A program made the translations under genes and the position numbers. DNA of 64,000 nucleotides from Acutalibacteraceae bacterium (GTDB taxonomy: Bacteria; Bacillota; Clostridia; Oscillospirales; Acutalibacteraceae): assembly GCA_045639905.1 (NCBI GenBank), contig JAZUDZ010000040.1:16080-80079 (forward strand). Direction: 5' to 3'. The notes beneath the pieces are model-generated. The model saw only the letters and a list, made by a program, of their open reading frames with translations. It did no database searches and was not told the origin of the DNA. This document shows positions 57,154-64,000 of the stretch, piece by piece (the first letter of the stretch is position 1; each line of letters opens with the position of its first letter).

Positions 57154-57161
57154 GCAATTTG

Positions 57162-58133
57162 TTAGGCAATGTTAGCCAGCTTTTTACGAAGGCCTAGAAC
57201 ATCCTTCATATCAATACTGCCGTCGCCGTTAAAATCTGCGTTGTCGAGATTGATTTTTGCATCCAATCCGGCAATGTAACGACGCATCATCAAAACGTCT
57301 TTCATATCCAAACCGCCGTCGTCGTTTGCATCTCCGGCAAGAATGTCGGAAGAAGAAACATCAGGGGCGCTTGTGGGCTCCGTGGTCGGAGCAACGGTTG
57401 TGGTGGGTTTCTCGGTTTTTTCGGTAGTGGTGGTGGAAGGCGGTGTGCCGAAGCGGGCTTTCATCTTGGTGAACTTGATGTGATCCCAAACGACATTGCC
57501 ATAGCCACCGATAACGGTGATATAATAGTTGTTTTCAATCATAGCCGGAATTTCTTCGTAGCATCTGGCTTTTACTTCAACAAAGTCATTGCCGATCGGC
57601 AGCTTATCACCTTCGTCAAACCAGAACTCAAAGTAGTAGTTGCTTTCGGTGTAAACCAGGATGGAACCGATGGTATCGTCGTCCATGCCGCTTTCCAGCA
57701 CATATTTGGAATTGTGCCACATATCGTAATCAATGGAGCCATCCTCGATATAACCGCTGATGGTGATTTCATAATAGTCGCCCTCTTCCGGGTTGATCGG
57801 GCCACCATAGCCGTTAATGCTGTACATACAGAAACTGTTGTAATAGCCGGCAACGTCCTGCAGGCAGGCATAGGCCTTTTCTTCTTTGGTAACCGGTCCG
57901 TCCGGCGTATAGTCAAAAATGGTTTGCTCTTCGAAGTAGGTGGGGGTGGGTTTGCCGTTTGTGGTGGATGTGGTAATCGGCTCTTCGGCGGAGTTTTCCC
58001 CGCTTACATCTACGCTCTCTTCTTGAGTGACACTGGTATCTCTGAGGAGCCCGGCGGAAGTGAAGCAAACACACAGGCTGACAACCAATGTGCAGGCCAG
58101 AACAACGCTGACGATTTTCAAAATACGATTCAT
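57162..58133 (-). CDS. Secreted protein of unknown function with C-terminal dockerin
   Basis: Signal/anchor helix, ~200-aa Tyr/Asp/Glu-rich domain, Thr/Pro linker, then the dockerin. Confidence 0.7.
   Translation of the reverse strand: MNRILKIVSVVLACTLVVSLCVCFTSAGLLRDTSVTQEESVDVSGENSAEEPITTSTTNGKPTPTYFEEQTIFDYTPDGPVTKEEKAYACLQDVAGYYNSFCMYSINGYGGPINPEEGDYYEITISGYIEDGSIDYDMWHNSKYVLESGMDDDTIGSILVYTESNYYFEFWFDEGDKLPIGNDFVEVKARCYEEIPAMIENNYYITVIGGYGNVVWDHIKFTKMKARFGTPPSTTTTEKTEKPTTTVAPTTEPTSAPDVSSSDILAGDANDDGGLDMKDVLMMRRYIAGLDAKINLDNADFNGDGSIDMKDVLGLRKKLANIA
57165..57335 (-). other. Dockerin module at the C-terminus of CDS 57162-58133
   Basis: GDANDDGGLDMKDVLMMRRYIAG ... ADFNGDGSIDMKDVLGLRKKLA. 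Confidence 0.8.
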
Positions 58134-58238
58134 GATTTAATTCTCCTTGTTTTTTTTGTGCAAAACATTTACGTTGCCCGTTCAGACTTGTGAACTTCTT
58201 AAAAAGAGCAACCACCGTCGGTGCGACGGTTAATCAAG

Positions 58239-58267
58239 AGTATACAACGAATAGTCCGTTTCGTCAA
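58239..58267 (-). promoter_or_regulatory. Putative sigma-A promoter for CDS 57162-58133
   Basis: The minus strand reads TTGACG, 17-nt spacer, TATACT. Confidence 0.4.
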
Positions 58268-58336
58268 GTTTTGCAATGAAGAAAAAGGACCTACCGCCGA
58301 AACGGTAAGTCCTTTTTGGTTACATTATGCTAGATA

Positions 58337-59227
58337 TTAGAGACCTGCAATCTGTCTGCGAAGACCGAGAACGTCTTTCATATCAAGAGCGCTGTCGCCG
58401 TTAAAGTCGGCATTGGCAGCGTTGAAGCCTTCGACTTCCATTTTGGCGATAACCTTACGGATGGCCAAAACGTCTTTCATGTCGAGGTTGCCATCGGCAA
58501 CGGCGTCACCGGGGAGAATGTCGCTGGGGGTGTCGTTGGATTCGTCAATAGACTCATCTTCAGAAGCATCCGGAATGCTTTCATCCTGACTGGGTTCTTC
58601 AGAAGGCTCGACAACGGACTCTTCTTCGGAAGTGGCAGCACTCGGCTCTTTTTCGGTAGTGGATTCCTCTTCGGAAGAGGTGGCTACATCGGCACGGTAA
58701 ACGACAACTTTGATGTGGGAAATGGTTACGGTGTCGGTAAAGCCATCATCCGGATTGGCATCGCTGAAGTAGGCTAACTGAGATTTGCCGGACATAAGCG
58801 GGGCAAGAAGGTTGCCTTTCTTATCTTTTGCATCGGCAGCAAATTTCTGAGTGTATGTACCATTATTTGCGCCGATAGCCACACAGCCTTCGGCTTTGTC
58901 ATCACCCCAGAACTCGTTGTCACCGGTGAAAAAGCCAGCGACGGAATAACCGCTGCCGCCGGAAACAGAACCGGTGGTGGTAACGAGATAATACTCGTTG
59001 CCTTCAATGTAGCCATTGTCAACAATGTCTTTCTGGACGATAGCATCAAGATCATCATTGTTGATTTTTTGGCCGTAATTCGTGATGGTCACGGTTTTGG
59101 AAAAGTCCTGATCAATGAGGACAATTTCCTGCAGTTCGGCTGCAGCACTGAAAGTGAGAGCCATGGTTGCGCCGACAATCAAAGCTAAGGTAGAAACGAT
59201 TGTGACGACTTTGAGTAAGTTTTTCAT
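58337..59227 (-). CDS. Secreted protein of unknown function with C-terminal dockerin
   Basis: Signal peptide, ~170-aa beta-rich domain, Ser/Glu-rich acidic linker, then the dockerin. Confidence 0.7.
   Translation of the reverse strand: MKNLLKVVTIVSTLALIVGATMALTFSAAAELQEIVLIDQDFSKTVTITNYGQKINNDDLDAIVQKDIVDNGYIEGNEYYLVTTTGSVSGGSGYSVAGFFTGDNEFWGDDKAEGCVAIGANNGTYTQKFAADAKDKKGNLLAPLMSGKSQLAYFSDANPDDGFTDTVTISHIKVVVYRADVATSSEEESTTEKEPSAATSEEESVVEPSEEPSQDESIPDASEDESIDESNDTPSDILPGDAVADGNLDMKDVLAIRKVIAKMEVEGFNAANADFNGDSALDMKDVLGLRRQIAGL
58340..58510 (-). other. Dockerin module at the C-terminus of CDS 58337-59227
   Basis: GDAVADGNLDMKDVLAIRKVIA ... ADFNGDSALDMKDVLGLRRQIA. Confidence 0.8.
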
Positions 59228-59334
59228 TGGAATTCCTCCTAAAATATTTTGTCATCTTTTGGTGAGATTCCCATTCTCTCACCATCAAAGACACACCTAT
59301 TATACATAAAAGAATAAATAAAGGCAACAAAAAA

Positions 59335-60321
59335 TTAATTTTGTTTATCTTGTGGATAGACAATTCCGGTTTTTTTGCGAATGGTATCCATCAGTTTTCC
59401 GATGTACAGGGTTTCTTTTTTACCATGTACGGGACTGTCAAGAACACCTTCTGAAATGCAGGCGCAAAAGTGCCGAAGTTCATGCTCAAAACCGTTCCCG
59501 TCATAGGGCGTATCAATGTGTTCCTCGGTCCCGTCATTATGATAAATATGAATGGACTCGGGGGCGCAAAAATGTTCAATTTGAATATGGCCGGTGGTGC
59601 CGTATAATTCTCCGCTTCTCGGCTTTTGCAGCATGGTTGCACAAGACAGGTGAGACAGGATCCCGTCGGCATGCTGAACGAGTATGTCGGTTTGTGCATC
59701 GGTCCCATTATACGGTCGGCAAAACGCCTCCAATTTTTCGATGTCGGTTCCGCAAAACCATGTCATGAAATTCAGTTCGTAGATGCCGATATCAAGAAGC
59801 GCTCCGCCTCCGTTTTCCCGTCTCAAAACGTGGTGATTCAAATCGTCCAAACTCATGTCATAACAAAAACGTGCTTCCAGAGATTTGAGTTTTCCGATGG
59901 TACCGGAATTCATAAGATCAAACAGCTTCAGAGTGCCGGGGACAAATCGCGCCCACATATTTTCCATTAAAAGGCGTTTGTTTTCTTTAGCACAGGCAAA
60001 CATTTTTTCCATTTCTTCAGCGTTGACGGCCAACGGCTTTTCACACAAAACGTGTTTGCCGTTTTGCATCATAAGGCAGGAGCACTGTGCGTGCAGGCTG
60101 TGGGGGACGGCGATGTAGGCGGCATCGATACAGTTCGATGCTGCCATTTCTTCATAAGAGCCAAAACTTTCGGGAATACCGAATTCCGATGCAAATGCAT
60201 CCGCTTTCTCCTTTGTACGGGAAGCAACCGCAACGAGTTTTGCCTCGGGAACGAGAGCAATTGCTCTTGCAAAGCGGTGAGCCACTTTGCCGGTTCCGAC
60301 AATTCCAAATCGTATAGACAT
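59335..60321 (-). CDS. Gfo/Idh/MocA-family NAD(P)-dependent oxidoreductase
   Basis: IRFGIVGTGKVAHRFA Rossmann N-terminus and the EKPLA motif. ATG 60321 has a GGAGG RBS. Confidence 0.8.
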   Translation of the reverse strand: MSIRFGIVGTGKVAHRFARAIALVPEAKLVAVASRTKEKADAFASEFGIPESFGSYEEMAASNCIDAAYIAVPHSLHAQCSCLMMQNGKHVLCEKPLAVNAEEMEKMFACAKENKRLLMENMWARFVPGTLKLFDLMNSGTIGKLKSLEARFCYDMSLDDLNHHVLRRENGGGALLDIGIYELNFMTWFCGTDIEKLEAFCRPYNGTDAQTDILVQHADGILSHLSCATMLQKPRSGELYGTTGHIQIEHFCAPESIHIYHNDGTEEHIDTPYDGNGFEHELRHFCACISEGVLDSPVHGKKETLYIGKLMDTIRKKTGIVYPQDKQN

Positions 60322-60364
60322 AATGTATCCTCCAAAAAAAGGGTGCCGCATGGGCACCCTTTTG

Positions 60365-61876
60365 TTAACCTTTTATCGTGGAATTGGTATCTTTCTGAAT
60401 AACATCGTGAGCGCCGCCCTCAACGATACTGGTTGAAGAAACAAGCGTCAACTTGGCTTTTTGCTGCAGTTCCCGAATGGTCAAAGCACCACAGTTGCAC
60501 ATGGTGGATTTGACTTTGCTGAGAGACAGGGCCACATTATCTTTTAAAGTGCCGGCATAGGGAACATAGGAGTCAACGCCTTCCTCGAAGGACAGCTTCT
60601 TGTCGCCACCCAGGTCATAACGCTGCCAGTTTCTGGCACGGGCAGAACCCTCGCCCCAGTATTCCTTATAGTAAGTTCCGTTGATGCTGACTTTGTTGGA
60701 CGGGCTTTCGTCAAAACGGGCAAAATAGCGGCCGAGCATAATAAAGTCGGCACCCATTGCCAAGGCCAGCGTAATGTGATGATCGTACACGATACCGCCG
60801 TCGGAGCATACCGGCACATAGATGCCGGTTTCTTTATAATAGTCGTCTCGGGCTTTGCAAACCTCAATGAGAGCCGTGGCCTGTCCGCGACCGATACCCT
60901 TTGTTTCACGGGTGATGCAAATGGAACCGCCGCCGATACCGACCTTGACAAAGTCTGCACCGCAGTCAGCCAGGTAACGGAATCCTTCGGCATCCACAAC
61001 GTTACCGGCACCGACTTTAACGGATTCGCCGTAATTTTCGCGAATCCACTGGATGGTCAGACGCTGCCATTCGGAGAATCCTTCAGAGGAGTCGATACAC
61101 AAAACATCTGCACCGGCATTGACCAGGGCCGGAACGCGTTCGGCATAGTCGCGTGTGTTGATACCGGCACCGACAACATACCGTTTTTCGGCATCCAGAA
61201 GTTCGTTGGGGTTTTGTTTGTGGGAATCATAGTCCTTGCGGAAAACCATATAGCAAAGATTCTGGTTTTCGTCGATGATGGGAAGCTGATTCAGTTTGTT
61301 GTCCCAAATAATGTCGTTGGCTTCTTTCAGGTTTGTGCCGTCTTTGTCGGCAACAATCAATTTATCAAAGGGAGTCATGAACTCGGCGACTTTCATATCG
61401 AGGCTCATACGGCTGGTACGGTAGTCACGGCTGGTGACAATACCGAGAAGTTTTCCGTTGCAGGAACCGTCTTCGGTAATGGCAATGGTGGAGTGTCCGG
61501 TTTTTTGTGTCAGGGCAATGACGTCAGCCAATGTATTGTCCGGTTTCAAGTTGGAATCACTGACAACGAATCCGGCTTTATGGTTTTTGGCACGGCTGAC
61601 CATGGCAGCTTCGTCTTCCACGGACTGGGAACCGTAAATAAAGGACACGCCGCCTTCGGTAGCCAAAGCAACCGCCAAACGGTCGCCGGATACGGATTGC
61701 ATAATGGCGGAAACCAGAGGAATGTTCATGGCGATGGCAGGCTCTTCCCCTTTCTTGTATTTAACAAGCGGGGTTTTCAAAGAAACGTTTGCGGGGATGC
61801 ACTCGCTGGACGAGTAGCCCGGAATCAAAAGGTATTCGTTAAAGGTATGTGCCGGCTCATTAATAAAAGTTGCCAT
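60365..61876 (-). CDS. guaB: IMP dehydrogenase
   Basis: CBS pair insert, catalytic-loop [34 protein letters not shown], 503 aa. Confidence 0.9.
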   Translation of the reverse strand: MATFINEPAHTFNEYLLIPGYSSSECIPANVSLKTPLVKYKKGEEPAIAMNIPLVSAIMQSVSGDRLAVALATEGGVSFIYGSQSVEDEAAMVSRAKNHKAGFVVSDSNLKPDNTLADVIALTQKTGHSTIAITEDGSCNGKLLGIVTSRDYRTSRMSLDMKVAEFMTPFDKLIVADKDGTNLKEANDIIWDNKLNQLPIIDENQNLCYMVFRKDYDSHKQNPNELLDAEKRYVVGAGINTRDYAERVPALVNAGADVLCIDSSEGFSEWQRLTIQWIRENYGESVKVGAGNVVDAEGFRYLADCGADFVKVGIGGGSICITRETKGIGRGQATALIEVCKARDDYYKETGIYVPVCSDGGIVYDHHITLALAMGADFIMLGRYFARFDESPSNKVSINGTYYKEYWGEGSARARNWQRYDLGGDKKLSFEEGVDSYVPYAGTLKDNVALSLSKVKSTMCNCGALTIRELQQKAKLTLVSSTSIVEGGAHDVIQKDTNSTIKG

Positions 61877-61963
61877 GTTACTTCCTCCCAGTTGTGATAG
61901 TTTTGGATAAAATAAAAAATAGACACGCAGGCTTGCAGCGAGCTTGTCTATTCACTTTTACCG

Positions 61964-61992
61964 ATTATATACGGAAAGCCTTTGCGTGTCAA
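61964..61992 (-). promoter_or_regulatory. Consensus sigma-A promoter of guaB
   Basis: The minus strand reads TTGACA, 17-nt spacer, TATAAT, both hexamers perfect. Confidence 0.6.
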
Positions 61993-62074
61993 TGAAAAAA
62001 GGTCGCAATATGTGGTGAAAATTGGCATACTCAAGAGGAAAATCAAAATTTTTTTGAAAAATCCAAAAATTTTT

Positions 62075-62103
62075 GTTGCATTTTGAAAATGATGTGGTAT
62101 AAT
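62075..62103 (+). promoter_or_regulatory. Putative extended -10 promoter for the HTH / FtsH-like gene pair
   Basis: GTTGCA, 17-nt spacer, TGgTATAAT. Confidence 0.45.
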
Positions 62104-62202
62104 AATCTGTCCAAGGGAAATCAGACGACGTTTTGGAAAGGAGGAAATGAGGTCGTCATTTGTACGAAAACAGGTTTCAGAATCGAAAGGGTGGTTGATT
62201 AT

Positions 62203-62508
62203 ATGAAAGAGACAAACCGTATTGCAGACAATGTTAGTAAGAATATCAGAACGATTTTAAAAGAACGGCAAATGAATCAGCAAGATTTTGCGGATCTCAT
62301 TAATTACAGCTATAAACAAGCTGGCCGATTTCTTCGAGACGGCATTAAAGATCTGGATCTCATCCAGTATATTGCCGACGTTTTAAAAATAGAAGCAGGA
62401 GAGCTTCTCGGAATCGAGGAGCTCTCTCACTTTTTGTTTCACAAAAAAGTGGAAAAGTCCTGTACGGACAGATCTTGTCCTACGAATTTGTGCAGACTTG
62501 TGGTATAG
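62203..62508 (+). CDS. Small XRE-family helix-turn-helix protein
   Basis: NIRTILKERQMNQQDFADLINYSYKQAGRFLRDG...IADVLKIEAGELLG fits the XRE HTH pattern. ATG 62203 is preferred over the upstream TTG/ATG extension. Confidence 0.6.
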   Translation: MKETNRIADNVSKNIRTILKERQMNQQDFADLINYSYKQAGRFLRDGIKDLDLIQYIADVLKIEAGELLGIEELSHFLFHKKVEKSCTDRSCPTNLCRLVV

Positions 62509-62612
62509 TAGGTTCATCAGATGCAAACATCATAGAAACCCGTGGAAAATTACAGAAAGAATCAGGAAGCAAATGACATAATGAAATTTATTTTTTGAAC
62601 GGGGGTTTTTCT

Positions 62613-63896
62613 ATGATAATCAAAAATGAAGAAATGTGTGTTTGGCCCGGCTACGAAAAAGAGCAGGCAGTGCTGAAGAAATATATCCGACTGTTAACAA
62701 AGCCGGAACTGCTTGCCGAAGCCGGGATTTCCATGCCCAAGGGTCTTCTCGTATATGGGCCACAGGGTGTCGGAAAGACGGATTTGATTGTATCTTCCGT
62801 TCCGGACGGAGTGTCTTGCGTCTTAATCAATCTTTTGGCGGGCCAAGACTATGACGAAATAATCAAATCGATCACCAAAGGCTTCGAAGAAGCCAAATCA
62901 AAAGCGCCGTGTGTTGTGGTAATACAGCACCTGGACTATTTCCGCGACAGCTCCTATATTTCGGAAGCTGTGCTGCAGAACATCGGCGAACTGCGACCGT
63001 CAGACGGAGTTCTTGTTTTCGGCGTTTACGACGGAAAAAAAGAAAGCGGGAAGTTTTGTTCTTTTGACGGTTTAGATCAAAAACTGTTTGTTCCGTATCC
63101 GAATCAGTCCATGCGCACCTTGTTTTTGCGGAAAATATTGCAGAATGTTCCGCTCGAAAAACAAATGAATACGGAAAATGTTGCACGTATGTATGACAAA
63201 GAGACCTTCTCCTACATACAGCAATCCGTGAACCGTATTGTTCTGAATGCGGTTTTGGATGGTCGATCCTCTGTTACGGAACGGGATTTCTTTTTGGACC
63301 AAATCAACAACGATGAACTCTATCCGGTGGATGATATGACACCGGAAGAAGTCCATCGCGTTGCGGTCCATGAAGCCGGACATGCGGTGGCTGCATGGCT
63401 TCTCTATCCGGAAGCCGTTGTGGGTGTTGCCGTGCGGAGGCATCACAATCAGGCGGGGCTTTTGCATGTTGTTCCTGAAAAGTTTGTTGAAAGCGTTGCC
63501 GAAAAAGAGCAGAGAATTGTCGGTTTGCTGGCAGCGAGAGCTGCTGAGCGGATTGTGCTCGGAGAGAATCTGACCGGATCCGCGTCGGACATCGATAGCG
63601 CCGTAGAACAAACGAGAATTTTAACCGAAGAAAACGGGTCCTATGGTTTTGCTCCCACCTGTACAACCGTTGTCGAAGATATGTCCAAAACCTGTGCGGA
63701 AAAAGCAGTTTCCGCTTTGGTGGATATGACAACCGATAAGCTGAACGAGTTCAGCCGTCGTGCGGATACCCTTCTTCGTTCCAATCGAAAACTTCTGGAT
63801 GCGGTTATCAGTGCCTTGGAGACACGCCGGATTTTGCTGCGTGACGAAATCTGTGAAATTGCGAAGCAGGTTTCCGAAATCTGCGATGCAGCCTGA
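62613..63896 (+). CDS. Soluble FtsH-like protein: degenerate AAA+ module fused to an intact M41 zinc-metalloprotease domain, with no TM segments
   Basis: Walker A GPQGVGKT. Walker B position reads VVVIQHLD instead of hhhhDEiD. The RPGRFDR position reads SFDGLDQK. Protease motifs HEAGHAV and TGSASDIDSA (third-ligand Asp region) are conserved. Confidence 0.7.
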   Translation: MIIKNEEMCVWPGYEKEQAVLKKYIRLLTKPELLAEAGISMPKGLLVYGPQGVGKTDLIVSSVPDGVSCVLINLLAGQDYDEIIKSITKGFEEAKSKAPCVVVIQHLDYFRDSSYISEAVLQNIGELRPSDGVLVFGVYDGKKESGKFCSFDGLDQKLFVPYPNQSMRTLFLRKILQNVPLEKQMNTENVARMYDKETFSYIQQSVNRIVLNAVLDGRSSVTERDFFLDQINNDELYPVDDMTPEEVHRVAVHEAGHAVAAWLLYPEAVVGVAVRRHHNQAGLLHVVPEKFVESVAEKEQRIVGLLAARAAERIVLGENLTGSASDIDSAVEQTRILTEENGSYGFAPTCTTVVEDMSKTCAEKAVSALVDMTTDKLNEFSRRADTLLRSNRKLLDAVISALETRRILLRDEICEIAKQVSEICDAA

Positions 63897-63910
63897 AGCA
63901 ATTTGGTTGA

Positions 63911-63954
63911 GAGGCCCTGCTCTCCGTTTGGAGAGAGGGCCTCATATTCTTTTG
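63911..63954 (+). terminator. Intrinsic terminator
   Basis: GAGGCCCTGCTCTCC-gttt-GGAGAGAGGGCCTC followed by ATATTCTTTT. Confidence 0.6.
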
Positions 63955-64000
63955 CACTATGATTGACAAACCGGGGAATTCGGTGTTAAGATTTCGGGAG

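Noticed and set aside
61877-62000. Possible purine/guanine riboswitch upstream of guaB.
   Set aside because: The leader lacks the conserved TATAATCGCGTGGATATGGCACGC...CCGTAAATGTCCGACTA-type aptamer core. Only a consensus promoter and a short leader are present.
62001-62074. Phased A-tracts and T-tracts (GAAAATCAAAATTTTTTT / GAAAAATCCAAAAATTTTT) between guaB and the HTH gene.
   Set aside because: They are most simply explained as UP-element or curved DNA in a divergent promoter region. I could not argue for a conserved structure or coding potential.
1-64000. CRISPR arrays, IS elements or transposases, prophage genes, reverse transcriptases (retron/DGR/group II intron), rRNA.
   Set aside because: I found no regularly spaced direct repeats and no ORF with transposase, integrase, RT or Cas motifs on either strand when reading through the ORF track.

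Overview
This is a 64-kb chromosomal segment of a Firmicutes/Clostridia genome. The dockerin sequence style and gene order suggest Oscillospiraceae/Ruminococcaceae, which is inference only. Coding density is high, with about 55 protein genes, one tRNA-Leu(UAA), one TPP riboswitch, one Phe T-box leader and many clear intrinsic terminators.

The backbone is housekeeping:
- Translation and RNA: hisS-aspS, pheS-pheT, ylxM-ffh-rpsP-khpA, yhaM.
- DNA and nucleotides: recG with asp23/yloV, guaB.
- Other core genes: murA, birA, hemW, ddh, mgsA.

Cell-envelope modules are interleaved with it:
- a giant membrane-anchored amidase;
- yfhO, a csbB-like GT2 and an orphan family-5 SBP;
- an MBOAT-DHHW acyltransferase pair;
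- an LtaS-family enzyme and DagK.

I found no integrase, transposase, CRISPR array, reverse transcriptase or rRNA.

The most unusual content, in rough order of interest:
1. An isolated DUF3990-like (PARP-type HGS/GxY motif) plus DUF3791-like/XRE-HTH overlapping two-gene cassette. It looks like a toxin-antitoxin or conflict module.
2. An XRE-HTH gene followed by a soluble, TM-less FtsH paralog. Its Walker B and arginine-finger positions are degenerate, but its HEXXH protease site is intact.
3. Four dockerin-bearing secreted proteins. Two are tandem paralogous purple-acid-phosphatase-like enzymes with an N-terminal dockerin.
4. One TPP riboswitch driving an overlapping thiT / queT-family / small-protein operon.
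5. A RimK-like ATP-grasp plus membrane-protein pair where rimM-trmD-rplS normally sit.

All functional calls come from reading the translated ORFs and motifs by eye. No database search was run.
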